Under the pieces are notes generated by a model. That model saw only the letters and a list, made by a program, of their open reading frames with translations, did no database searches and was not told the origin of the DNA. From Thermodesulfobacteriota bacterium (GTDB taxonomy: Bacteria; Desulfobacterota; Desulfomonilia; UBA1062), in NCBI GenBank assembly GCA_034716155.1, contig JAYEFR010000082.1, positions 427 to 64,426 on the forward strand: a DNA stretch of 64,000 nt, written 5' to 3'. Both the position numbers and the translations under genes were made by a program. This document shows, one piece after another, positions 28,966 to 39,318 of this stretch; positions within the stretch are counted from its first letter, which is position 1; each line of letters opens with the position of its first letter.

Positions 28966-31900
28966 CTATTCAAGATCAAGATTGATAGTTTCTTTCTCTA
29001 CTTCAGGATACACCTTGTCAATTGCCTTCTGAACTTCAATTGTTTTTTTAAGGGATGTAACAACCTTGCAGTAATGTTTTATATCCTCAAGGGATAGCAC
29101 CTTATCCTTTCTATCTTTCAGCCATTTACTGCAAACTTGATACCCACCGATCTGATATTCCCAGCAATCTTTCGGAATCCCTTCAAAATACTGGTTTTGA
29201 TTGATATAGATACATTCTTGCTTTTCATCATATCTTAACTTCTCGACCTTTTCGTCACCACTTCCCTGAAATTTGGCAAGGGGAGGATCAAGTTCTTGTG
29301 ATCTCAATAAATGCAAATCAACCAATTCTTTTCCATATTCAGCCATCCTGTTAAATATCTTGCAATCTCTTGTAAATGGAATTCTCGGGAAACCTCCCTT
29401 TAGAAACTCGGCATATTGAGTACGGTAGATATTCGAATAGAGAATTGCGTAGATGTAGTAGAAAATCTCTTCTGGTGTAATATTGGTAGAACAGACATTC
29501 TTGTCTGTTTCCTCTCTGTCTGTTTCTCCGTTGAAATACCAACCATGATACCCCCATGGACTTTCTGTTAATGCTCTTTTCACTGGATTATTCAGCATAT
29601 AATTCATTTTCTCGTTCAACTCGTTTTGATCCCTTATAATTCTATCAAAAGATTCCTCTTGCCAGATAGAGCCAGAAGTCCCCCTTTTTAAGTTGAGTTG
29701 TCGGGCTGATGCCCCCTTAATACCTCTCATTATTCTACTAAGATTATATTCTTCCTTCGGGGTCAACAAAAGATGAACATGATCTGGCATTACAATGGCT
29801 GCAATAAGTGTATAAAATTTTCCATTGCCCTCTATAATGTGTTTCAAAACCAGTTTCTGTTCCTCGATAGATAGATCTCCTTGGGCTGTTCTGAAAGTAA
29901 CAAAATATGTTGCATCCTTCAATGTCCAGTGTGGGAGATGTCTTCTTGTGATTTGAAGGTCATTGGTAGAACAGACATTTTTGTCTGTTTCCTCCAAGGT
30001 AGAACAGACATTTTTGTCTGTTTCCTCCAAATTAGTGTCAGACAAGAATGTCCGACCTACCGGACCTACCGCCGGACCTGCACTTTTACAAATGTCGGAT
30101 AACGCCTTGAAAATCTTTGGATTTATATTGGGTTGCCTTTTCTCTGCCTTTTCCATGTGGCCAATGAGCTCTTTCCTGTCTGTGTAGGGGTAGAGGTAGA
30201 GGGGAGCTAAGCTCATAATTCCTCTGTTGCTATAAAATGACCGATTGTCGATAATATTTTGGCTAATAAAAACATGGCTATATGTCTCATTTAATGCTAC
30301 CTGACGCATAAAGACAAGTCCTATATTCCCCTGCATCATGTGACGCATGACCTTTTTGCGTGAACGTTCAATAACTGCATCGTGATAGAAAATCCATCGA
30401 ATATCAAAGGGCCGATATAAAATCTTTGTGATAGAATCTCCCCATTTTTTATCCTTTCTCACCTCTTCTCGTGCAGCTTCCAATTTCCAGTTTGATTTAT
30501 CCTTTAACTCAAAGGTTTGTCTTACAAGGCCATCGGGCATATTTTTATCGCAGAAGGTCCTAATCCGCTGTTTAAGCTTTTCTTTATCAGAGTCTATTAC
30601 AAATTTGTCTCTTGATGTTACCACCCCCACACTATTAAGTGGAAATATCTCAGTTATTTTAGGCCATCTTTCATAATACTCTAAAAGCCTTTCATCCCTT
30701 GGCACAAAAAGATAAAATTCAGATTTTGGGGAGAGCTGATTCCATTCAATTGTTTCTACATTATTCTCTAAAAGCCACTCGTATTTATTTTCTCGCATCC
30801 CCCAAATCTCTGAATGATAGACCTTGCATTCGCTCTTTTTCTCTTGATTTTTTATACAGAGTGCAATGGCTACACCCTGCTGGATGTCAAAGACATTTTC
30901 ATCCTTAGAGCCGTCAGGGCTCTTCTCTTTTTTCAGGCTATTGCCGTGTAGATCAAGAATATAGATTTCATTGAAACTGTTCATCACTGATTGGCGCATA
31001 CCTCTAAAGGTGGGATTATCAAGATAGCTATGATTGGTAATATATCCTAATACTCCTTCACCTGCCTGATCAATCTTCCACTGGGCAAACCGGATGAATT
31101 TCACATAATCGTCCTGAAGCCATTTTGGATTCTTTTCTCCAAGGGGTTTACCATCAACAAACTTGTAATCCCCAATAAGCTTTCCTATCCACGTTTTTAT
31201 CTTTCTTCTCTTTGCTATACCCTTTTTTGTTTTTATTGTGATGTACCTTTCACTTGCATTTGCAGAATGCCCTGAATACGGCGGATTGCCGAGGATTACC
31301 AGTATAGGCTGTTCCTTTTTAACTTTACCAGCCAGATGAGATTCCTCAGAAAGAGATGCCATAAACGGCAACCCTGTTTCAGCAAGTTCCTCCATCTCCA
31401 ATGTATTGGTGAGGTATAGTTTGAATCTGTCATCTTCTTTGAGTCTATACCCAAGCTCTTCTAAGAGAAAAGACATCTTCAAATAGCCCACTGCATAGGG
31501 AGCCATCATCAACTCAAAGGCATAAAAATTCTTAAGGATATGTTCTTTAATAAAATTCCCTTCCCCCCCTTCGCCATATTTAAAGACAAATTCCTCAACT
31601 GCCTGTTTTGCTGCCTCAGCTAGAAAGGTGAGGGTGCCTGCTGCTGGATCTAATACAGTAACCGAGCTGATTGCAAATCCCTCCCGTTTATCAAAGTGCT
31701 GCTTCAAGATGTGATGCAAAGAACGGACAATATAGGATACCACTGATTCTGGCGTATAATAGACACCTCTTTTCTCTCTTGTCTTTGGGTCATATTCGGC
31801 CAAAAAGGTCTCATAGAAATGAACAATAGGATCTTTGCCCCTTCCTTCATGAAAATACGTATGGAGAATTTCATTTACATCAGTAACCGCTAAGACCTCG

Positions 31901-32745
31901 GATATATCATCTATAATCCACTCCATTTGTTTGGGTAAGTCTTCAAGGGAGACAAAACTGAATACATCTCGTAAGATCCCAATAGTGTGTGGAATGTTGT
32001 CGTATGCAAGTTTTCTATTAAATCCATTTTCAGAGCGGGTACGGGCAGCAAAGAGACCATAGGTAATGGTCTGGGAATAGAGATCGGCAAACTCTTCTTT
32101 AGAAAGAGTACCAATAAGATATTTCCTGAATGCCTCATAAAATCCAAAGATGTGACCTTTTCCTTCCTCTTCTTTTAACTCCTGAGCAATGACTTCATCC
32201 TTTAAAAAACGTGTCCTCTTTGCCAATTCTATTGCCAAAGTTTTCGCACTATAGACCTTTGGAAGAGAAAAGGAGAAAAACTTTTCAAGCAATTTGATAA
32301 AATCTGCCTGTTTTTCAACAGGAGGTATCATTTTAAGTTTTTGTGCAACAAATGGCCTGCCGATGAGGACTTGATCTGCCAGGGTGCCATCACGATACAG
32401 CCTAAACTCAAAGAAATTGGTTAGTATCAGATTGGGGAAAGTTTTGCGATAGCGTTTTAACTGCTCGGAATTTTCTATCCTGTCTAAATTCTCAACCATT
32501 GGTGATTTTGCTTCAATGTATCCAACAATATGCTGGGTTCCGTCCCAGACTCTGAAATCAGGATTGCCGGCTTCGGTCTTTTTTGGCAAGATTGTAATAT
32601 AAATATTCCTTTTGCCGACTGAATCTGAATATTCTTTTAATAGACCTTTGAGGACAGAATAATAACTTTCTTCCCTTGCATCCCCCCGAGTTGCAATCTC
32701 AGATATTTTTCTCAAATACGACTTTAGCATCATGTCTTCTTTCAC
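28966..32745 (-). CDS. Single-polypeptide type IIG/IIL (MmeI-like) restriction-modification enzyme, carrying an in-frame RAYT/IS200-like transposase insertion in its C-terminal region
   Basis: 1259-aa continuous ORF. N-terminus has a PD-(D/E)xK-like motif NPDFRVW...IVGYIEAKS. Gamma-class N6-adenine MTase motifs follow: YYTPESVV, VLDPAAGTLTFL (motif I) and ILGNPPYSG (motif IV). The C-terminal ...EEIFYYIYAILYSNIYRTQYAEFLKGGFPRIPF... module is typical of large type IIG/PglX-like MTases. The aa ~850-1040 insert has Y1 HuH motifs (see mobile_element). Confidence 0.7.
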   Translation of the reverse strand: MKEDMMLKSYLRKISEIATRGDAREESYYSVLKGLLKEYSDSVGKRNIYITILPKKTEAGNPDFRVWDGTQHIVGYIEAKSPMVENLDRIENSEQLKRYRKTFPNLILTNFFEFRLYRDGTLADQVLIGRPFVAQKLKMIPPVEKQADFIKLLEKFFSFSLPKVYSAKTLAIELAKRTRFLKDEVIAQELKEEEGKGHIFGFYEAFRKYLIGTLSKEEFADLYSQTITYGLFAARTRSENGFNRKLAYDNIPHTIGILRDVFSFVSLEDLPKQMEWIIDDISEVLAVTDVNEILHTYFHEGRGKDPIVHFYETFLAEYDPKTREKRGVYYTPESVVSYIVRSLHHILKQHFDKREGFAISSVTVLDPAAGTLTFLAEAAKQAVEEFVFKYGEGGEGNFIKEHILKNFYAFELMMAPYAVGYLKMSFLLEELGYRLKEDDRFKLYLTNTLEMEELAETGLPFMASLSEESHLAGKVKKEQPILVILGNPPYSGHSANASERYITIKTKKGIAKRRKIKTWIGKLIGDYKFVDGKPLGEKNPKWLQDDYVKFIRFAQWKIDQAGEGVLGYITNHSYLDNPTFRGMRQSVMNSFNEIYILDLHGNSLKKEKSPDGSKDENVFDIQQGVAIALCIKNQEKKSECKVYHSEIWGMRENKYEWLLENNVETIEWNQLSPKSEFYLFVPRDERLLEYYERWPKITEIFPLNSVGVVTSRDKFVIDSDKEKLKQRIRTFCDKNMPDGLVRQTFELKDKSNWKLEAAREEVRKDKKWGDSITKILYRPFDIRWIFYHDAVIERSRKKVMRHMMQGNIGLVFMRQVALNETYSHVFISQNIIDNRSFYSNRGIMSLAPLYLYPYTDRKELIGHMEKAEKRQPNINPKIFKALSDICKSAGPAVGPVGRTFLSDTNLEETDKNVCSTLEETDKNVCSTNDLQITRRHLPHWTLKDATYFVTFRTAQGDLSIEEQKLVLKHIIEGNGKFYTLIAAIVMPDHVHLLLTPKEEYNLSRIMRGIKGASARQLNLKRGTSGSIWQEESFDRIIRDQNELNEKMNYMLNNPVKRALTESPWGYHGWYFNGETDREETDKNVCSTNITPEEIFYYIYAILYSNIYRTQYAEFLKGGFPRIPFTRDCKIFNRMAEYGKELVDLHLLRSQELDPPLAKFQGSGDEKVEKLRYDEKQECIYINQNQYFEGIPKDCWEYQIGGYQVCSKWLKDRKDKVLSLEDIKHYCKVVTSLKKTIEVQKAIDKVYPEVEKETINLDLE
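29485..30030 (-). mobile_element. RAYT/IS200-IS605-family Y1 (HuH) transposase module flanked by GTAG-hairpin REP sequences, inserted in-frame inside the RM gene
   Basis: Hairpin GGTAGAACAGACAttcttGTCTGTTTCCTC at 29485-29515, followed by a partial reiteration through ~29530. Tandem copies GGTAGAACAGACAtttttGTCTGTTTCCTCCAA sit at 29965-29996 and 29998-30029. Between them the translation RRHLPHWTLKDATYFVTFRT...IVMPDHVHLLLTP...RGTSGSIWQEESFDRIIRD...NYMLNNPVKRAL carries Y1 transposase hallmarks (HuH = HVH, Q..F.D/R.IR, Y...NPV). No ATG start of its own; each hairpin is translated as (E)ETDKNVCST(N) within the host ORF. Confidence 0.7.
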
Positions 32746-33074
32746 AATTATAAAGTTCTTAATACAGCATAGGAGACAATATCAGATCACAAAACACCTC
32801 AAAAATAACAATTGATATAAAACAGTGCTGATACTTTATGTCAGGCTTACCGATATGGAACTCACACCTGTCAGAAAGATACCAACAAAAGAATCACCTC
32901 CCTGAAATTTCCAATTTTATAGACGATTCCTGTAATCATTGTCAATAGCAAGCAGGGTGCTACCCTAATTCTTTTGAGAGGACATTCAAGCGTTTTTTGC
33001 TAATACATCTTGGCGAAGCGGAAGGATAGCGATTCTCCACCTTTAGCAATACCCCTTAAGCCCCGCATTTTACA

Positions 33075-35060
33075 CTATTCCGGATTAAGTAATAAACGCG
33101 CTAACCCGGCAATCTTGTCCGGTGTTCCAAGGACAACAACCACATCGTGAGCCATGATTTGTGTGTCTCCCGTTGGATTGGACAAGATTTGCGAATCCCG
33201 CTTTATTGCAAGCAAGGTAACACCATATTCCTTTCTCAGCTTAATCTGAGCTACTGTCTTTCCGGCTACAGATGATACTTCACCAACCCGCAACGCACTG
33301 ATCTCAACATCTTGAAGATAGCGATCTAGATCAAGAAAAGAGGGTGATTTTTTTGTAATACTTCGTAACATCTGGTAACTGTCTGTACGCACTTCAGAAA
33401 TCAACTGTTCGATTTGATCTCTGGGCATGAGGTATTTCCTCAAGACCCGGGTAAAGATCTCCACGGATGTCTCAAACTCCTCTGGGATGACTTCGTTAGC
33501 GCCCAGATCATACAAGGGTTTCAATTCCTGGAGATATCGCGTTCGTACTATTATGTAAACCTTGGGGTTCATTCTTCGAGCGATATCAGTGATCCTACGG
33601 GCTGCCGTAGGATCGTTAATGGCCACCACTACCACTCGCGCATCCTTTATGTCGGCACGCTCAAGCACTACTTCCTGGGTAGCGTCCCCATAATAAATCA
33701 GCTCCCCCTTCCCTTTCTCGTCTCGTACTGTTTCAGGGTTCATTTCAATAATCACATAGGGGATGCCTCCTGCCCTGGCGGCTCTCGCCAGATTTCTGCC
33801 ATTAACTCCGAATCCAATGATTATAAGGTGGTCTCTTTTGCCCACATCTTCTATCTCGTCTACAGGATAAAAGCCGGACTTCAATCTACCATGCATAGGC
33901 AACCTCAAAACAAGATCTGCTACGCGAGGAGAAAGGTCTACAATGAATGGGGTCAAGGCCATGGTAAGCACTGTGACTGCAAGAAAAAGCTGATAGGCGC
34001 CTCCAGCAAGTAAACCATACTCTACCCCTACCTTAGACAAGATAAAAGAGAACTCACCTACCTGGCTGAGTGCAAGCCCGACTAAAATCGCAGTGCGAAG
34101 CGGAAATCCCAGTAAAGCTGTTGCAAGGCCGGCACTTAGAGTCTTTAATACAAAAATACCTAAAGCAATCAGTACGATAACCCCTGGATGCTGGAGAAGG
34201 AAAGCAACATCTAACAGCATCCCGATTGAGACAAAGAAGAAACTGGTAAAGACATCCCGGAAGGGCAAGATATTGCCAAGGGCCTGATGAGAGTACTCAG
34301 ATTCAGATATGATAAGTCCTGCCATGAATGCACCCAGGGCAAGGGAAAGTCCTGCCATGGAGGTGAGCCATGCAACTGCAAGGCATATTACAATAACAAC
34401 CAATAAGAAAAGCTCGCGAATTCGCGTTCTGGCAATCTGATACAGGACCTGTGGCACAATCCATTTGGCGCCAATGATAACCAAAACAATAATACCGAGC
34501 CCTTTGACCATAAGAATAAAGAGTGACCCGCCTAAATTCTCAGTAGACCCTCCCAGTAAAGGTATCAACAACATCATCGGAACAACAATGATATCCTGAA
34601 AGATTAAGATGCCAAGACCTGTACGCCCATGCGGGCTATCGATTTCAGCCCTTTCCTGGAACAATTTGAGTACAATCGCGGTGCTGCTAAGGGACACAAG
34701 GAATCCTATAAATACAGCCTCCCCAAAGGGCTGGCCGAATTTCAGGGCTGTGGCAAAACCCGCTATGAAGGTCAATAGTACCTGGATAGCCCCGCCCATC
34801 AAGAGTGTTTTCCTGATTTGCAGCAGATTCTTGAATGAAAACTCCATACCGATGGTAAAAAGCAACAACCCTATCCCTATCTCAGCCAAGGTCTCAACTT
34901 CATTAACTGCCTTTACCAACCCAAGCCCATGAGGCCCTGCCATTATCCCTGTCAGGATAAATCCTACAATTACCGGTATCCGAAGTTTGTGGAATATATA
35001 GAGGACAACAACAGAGAGCCCAAATATGATTATAATTTCATTTAGCAGAGGTATTCCCAT
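33075..35060 (-). CDS. Monovalent cation:proton antiporter-2 (KefB/KefC-like) with TrkA-N and TrkA-C (RCK) domains
   Basis: 661 aa; N-terminal Na_H exchanger TM core, then Rossmann-like ...LIIIGFGVNGRNLA... and a C-terminal TrkA-C. Confidence 0.8.
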   Translation of the reverse strand: MGIPLLNEIIIIFGLSVVVLYIFHKLRIPVIVGFILTGIMAGPHGLGLVKAVNEVETLAEIGIGLLLFTIGMEFSFKNLLQIRKTLLMGGAIQVLLTFIAGFATALKFGQPFGEAVFIGFLVSLSSTAIVLKLFQERAEIDSPHGRTGLGILIFQDIIVVPMMLLIPLLGGSTENLGGSLFILMVKGLGIIVLVIIGAKWIVPQVLYQIARTRIRELFLLVVIVICLAVAWLTSMAGLSLALGAFMAGLIISESEYSHQALGNILPFRDVFTSFFFVSIGMLLDVAFLLQHPGVIVLIALGIFVLKTLSAGLATALLGFPLRTAILVGLALSQVGEFSFILSKVGVEYGLLAGGAYQLFLAVTVLTMALTPFIVDLSPRVADLVLRLPMHGRLKSGFYPVDEIEDVGKRDHLIIIGFGVNGRNLARAARAGGIPYVIIEMNPETVRDEKGKGELIYYGDATQEVVLERADIKDARVVVVAINDPTAARRITDIARRMNPKVYIIVRTRYLQELKPLYDLGANEVIPEEFETSVEIFTRVLRKYLMPRDQIEQLISEVRTDSYQMLRSITKKSPSFLDLDRYLQDVEISALRVGEVSSVAGKTVAQIKLRKEYGVTLLAIKRDSQILSNPTGDTQIMAHDVVVVLGTPDKIAGLARLLLNPE

Positions 35061-35422
35061 AAGCTATTAATCCCTTTATCTTATTGATACCACCAAACAC
35101 TAAAGCAAGCATCATAGATATGCTTCCAACTTAGAGATATATACTTAAATATTGCAAATATATCTACCTACTCTTAAAAACCTTTAACTCTTATATCTTA
35201 GGTTGTGTATGGGTGCTAAGCAAAGAAAGAGATCTACATGTTGTATAATATCTCGTAACTGCTCAGGTTATTAGCCTGAAGGATACTGATATCCCACCAA
35301 CGGCAAAAGCCGTATTTGGAGAGTATTATACTTGAATGGCTATGCTATTATTGGGTTTTGTAAATCTTTTCCTTAAAAACCTTCAGCCTTTAGCCTATTC
35401 ACACAGAGTAGTTACAATATCT

Positions 35423-36765
35423 CTATTTATTTCCGAACCGCCCAAGGAGTTTATATATTGCATCAGTCCCAAAGGTCAGTGCCTCTACAGGGATGCGCTC
35501 ATCAGCCCCATGAATAAGCTCCATAGTCTTAAATCCTTTAGGCAGCTTCATTGGCGTAAATCCGTATGTCTGAATGCCTAACCTTGAGAAAAAGCGCGCA
35601 TCTGAGCACCCTGAAAGCAAAAGAGGTCCTGGTATACATCCCGGGTCAGCCTCTTGCAAGATATCCGCTAATATAGCGAACATACTCATATCCGGCTCAT
35701 TTGGCCCTGGATCATAACGAATGAGTTCAAGTTCCACTTCTTTCCCGATAATTCGTCTCAGCTCAGCCATCAGATCATCAGGGCTATATCCTGGAAGCAA
35801 GCGGCCATCCAGTTCAATGGCAATCTCGCTCGGTATAACATTGATTTTATCACTCGCATGTATAATGGTAGGACTCACCGTATTATGAAGCAGGGGGTAA
35901 AGGGCCTTGCCCTTATCTCCAAGCAGGCCCAGCACTATATCTGTCAACCTTGGATTGAGAAGCGAGCGCAAAATAAGATTTAAAGGTAGCGGCATAAAAA
36001 AAGCCATTTTCTCAATCATCTGGCATGCAACAGGCGTGATATGCACCGGCAGGCGATGTTTATCCAGCTGTCTAAGCACACAGGCCAGTTTAGCCATTGC
36101 CCCGCCTCTAATAGGTAAAGACCCATGCCCTCCCGGTCCCCGCAAAATTGCTTTTATCCAGCATACCTGCTTTTCAGAGACCATAATAGGGTATATCCTT
36201 TTGCCGGCAAAGTGGAGGGTAAAACCACCAAACTCCCCTATGGCATAGCGAATACCTTTAAATAGATCCGCATGGTTTTCTACCAGATATCTTGCACCAT
36301 AATCTCCCCCGGCCTCCTCATCACTCACAACGGTAAGTATCACATCGCCAGGCAAAGTAAGTCCTTGGGCCTTCGCACGCATCAGGGCGGCAAGCATCAT
36401 GGCAACACCACCCTTCATATCAAGGGCACCCCTGCCCCAAACATAGTCATCTACTACCCTGGCCTCGAAGGGAGGATTGCTCCATGTCTGGTTTGCTGTA
36501 GTGACTACATCCACATGTCCGTAAAGCAGTAATGGGGGGGCGCTCCCCTGTCCAGCCAGACGGGTAACTAGGTTAGGCCTTCCGGGGTCACGGGCATAAA
36601 TAGTAGTCTTAAATCCTACCTGTCTCAATAGATTATCTATGTAGGTAATACATCCTGCTTCATCTCCAGGTGGATTGGTTGTGTCGAAGCGAATGAGTCT
36701 CTGCAACAACTCCACTGGCCGCTTAAAGATGGTAGCCTCTTCATTTGTAAATGGTTTGGACATCT
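35423..36765 (-). CDS. M20-family metallopeptidase/deacylase (ArgE/DapE/CPG2-like)
   Basis: ...LIRFDTTNPPGDE...LLLYGHVDVV...DMKGG...EEAGG... motifs. Start preferred at MSKPFTNEE (36765), with AGGAG RBS 7 nt upstream, rather than the track start. Confidence 0.75.
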
Positions 36766-37017
36766 CTGCACTCCTAAATCCCAGGTTGGAAAAATATACA
36801 CAAGTATTACAAATACACCTGCAATAACAAACTTCTACCATGAGAAAAAGACATCGGTCAAACCTTATTTAGTACCAATCCAGAGATGAACCCTTGGGCA
36901 CGGGAGAGTTTCCAGATCAGAGTTGGCCAATTCTTACACCCCTTTTTTTATTAATTGACAACAAAACTGCAGATGTTTATAGTGATCAGCAGGTTACAAT
37001 AGTACTGGAGGAGCACT

Positions 37018-37212
37018 ATGGAAAACAATGTAGGTATGGTGGATCGTATAATTAGAGCATTAGTTGCTACTACCATTATCGCACTCTATCTGAAGGGTAA
37101 GATCCGTGGCATAGCCGGCCTTCTGCTGGTTGCAAGTGGTGCATTGATGGCTAGTGTTATGAGTGGTTACTGCCCGCTTTATAAACCCTTAAAGATCAAT
37201 ACAAACAAGTAG
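37018..37212 (+). CDS. DUF2892 (YgaP-like) small inner-membrane protein
   Basis: 64 aa; ...DRIIRALVATTIIALYL...GALMASVMSGYCPLY... matches the DUF2892 pattern. Confidence 0.55.
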   Translation: MENNVGMVDRIIRALVATTIIALYLKGKIRGIAGLLLVASGALMASVMSGYCPLYKPLKINTNK

Positions 37213-37287
37213 TGGGGTTTCCTTACCTTTAATCTTCGCCGATCATTCTTCCCTATTCTGCCGAAATTGTGCCTGACCTTACCCCTC

Positions 37288-37443
37288 ACTATTTTATAAC
37301 GGTCTCATCTGGAATATTTCCATTCTTAAAATGCTTATCTAGCCCACCTGAGACAATATTATTACGGCCATCAAAGTATTTGACATAAGGTTTTATATCA
37401 AGAAGAGGTGTTTCATCTAAAACATCTACTTCTGTAAAATACA
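37288..37443 (-). CDS. Small ORF (51 aa) with a TrmO/TsaA C-terminal-like motif (TPLLDIKPYV); possible gene remnant
   Basis: Hand-translated MYFTEVDVLDETPLLDIKPYVKYFDGRNNIVSGGLDKHFKNGNIPDETVIK; below the ORF-track size cutoff. Confidence 0.25.
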
Positions 37444-37599
37444 TTTTGTTCTCCTTTATGCTTTTGATTTTTACAATAGAAAATCCTATATGATTGGGCC
37501 GGTGGGGGCTTCTTTATATGAAAATACCTTTAGTCGGTCAGGCTTTATGGGCCTTTCGAGCCGTATGCTGATATGTATTAGGCGATGTCTCTGCCGGAT

Positions 37600-38157
37600 C
37601 TATACATAACGACTTACTTTCTTTTTGTATTCCAGCCATTCGTGTTTAAATTCCTGCTCAAGATAATCTTCCTCGGCAACAACTATTTTGTGATGAATAA
37701 ATATGCCGATTAATGAAAAGAACAAATTGAGCGGATTTGGTGCGTAAATACATGATGCTATGCACATCAAATAAAACCCAACATACATTGGATTTCTACT
37801 AATGTTGTAAATACCATTTTTCTTGGGGGTTATCTTTTCCTTGGGTATCCCAAATCTATTGGATAGACCAAGCTCATAAAAGGAAAATGTAACAAAGATA
37901 CTTGCAATAGTGAATATTATAGTCCCTAGCCACGAAAGATATGTTGGGACGGGAAAAGATGCTGTATTTATTTTTGCAGCTTGAGCAATAAGAAACGCCC
38001 ATGATAAACCCATTGAAACCTTACCAATGAAATACAAGCTTCTATTAATCGGTGTTTTCCCTAAAAAGTCTTTCTTATTAAATCTCATCAGGATTCCTGT
38101 GGATATTGCTATTAATGCAAAAATTAAAAAAAGCGATAGTATTATCAAATTATGCAT
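37600..38157 (-). CDS. Isoprenylcysteine carboxyl methyltransferase (ICMT)/phospholipid methyltransferase family membrane protein
   Basis: 185-aa multi-TM protein with ...NGIYNISRNPMYVGF... C-terminal motif. Confidence 0.7.
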   Translation of the reverse strand: MHNLIILSLFLIFALIAISTGILMRFNKKDFLGKTPINRSLYFIGKVSMGLSWAFLIAQAAKINTASFPVPTYLSWLGTIIFTIASIFVTFSFYELGLSNRFGIPKEKITPKKNGIYNISRNPMYVGFYLMCIASCIYAPNPLNLFFSLIGIFIHHKIVVAEEDYLEQEFKHEWLEYKKKVSRYV

Positions 38158-38311
38158 ATTTTCCCACCTTATTATCTAGCGGCATAGATTCCGTCTAACG
38201 TCTCCAGCATACACGACGTTGCGACCGAGGGGAGCAATGTCCTGAAGGGCAAGGGCAAAAGTTCATAGCGTATATGCTGTGTTAGATGAAGTTGCTGTCC
38301 TTCAAATATCA

Positions 38312-38877
38312 TTATCTCGCCGGCCAGACATGTTCATGGCAATTAGAGATGGGAAAAGGGAACTTTATGCTTATTGTTGTTTTTACTCCCTGAACTTCCC
38401 CCTCCCAGTAAAGCTCTTTCTCTCTTCTTTCGAAATGGCTATCAATAAAATCTAAACTATACGGTCTTAAAAACCAATCAAAATCAAACCAAGAGCCTTC
38501 TTTTGCACCTTTTATATCACAGATAAAAACTGCTGACTTTTTTGATTCGTCAAGTTTTATCTTAGGAGTAACAGCATGTCTGTTGTATTTCTTTAGAGTT
38601 TTTCTAAAAAAGTCAATCTCTTTAGCCTCAGATTCTTCTTTCAATTCTAAAAGCTTAGAAAAATCTTCATCACCCCACAAAGATTCTCTTTGATAATGCA
38701 AAACTTCTCCTTCTGCTTTTATCTCTATAGCATTCCTCAATGGTTCAACTTCTTCAATTTTTGGAGGTTTTTCTGCCTTTGCAATACCTTTTCTCTCTTT
38801 TTCACAACTTATTATCAGTGTTCCTAAAACCATCAATCCAATTGCCAATAAAGAATAAAAAAATTTCTTATTCATAA
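38312..38877 (-). CDS. Lipoprotein of unknown function
   Basis: Probable start MNKKFFYSLLAIGLMVLGTLIISC (lipobox) rather than track start 38974. Confidence 0.5.
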
Positions 38878-39318
38878 AACAACCCCCTCCCTGACTAAAC
38901 AGCACTTTTATATAACTTAAAACAACCGAACTGCTTCGTTTATGCAAGCCTCCAAGTGAAGCCTTCCGCCACAAATATAGGCGGATAGCCTTTTGCTGCT
39001 TTTATATGAATCATTTTGCGCTTCGTACCTATATCCTGCATATTTATTTTACTACTTCACTTACCCTTTATCCAGCAGAAAAATTAGGGTGAGGTAACCA
39101 TTCAGTTACAAAGGCACTGAGGCACAAAGTAAAGACCTGAATAGTACTACAATATCTTACTTATAAAAAACTCTCAGTATTAGCCCTGCGCTTATGGGCG
39201 GCTTATAAAGCCTTATTAATTTTATGGTTGGCGCTTTGTGCCTTTGCCACTTTGTGCCTTGCAATCTTGTGCTACACTGAAGGTTTACCCTTGCTTACTA
39301 TTCACTATTCACTGATCA

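Noticed and set aside
28966-32745. BREX (PglX) assignment for the large methyltransferase
   Set aside because: Although the C-terminal FYYIYAILYS..FPRIPF module is PglX-like, no brxA/B/C/pglZ/brxL genes flank it and the N-terminus carries a PD-ExK-like nuclease motif; a stand-alone type IIG/IIL RM enzyme fits better.
37555-37600. GAGCCGTATG resembling the 5' half of a group II intron domain V
   Set aside because: No complementary 3' half (CATACGGYTC), no AGC-triad context, and no intron-encoded ORF.
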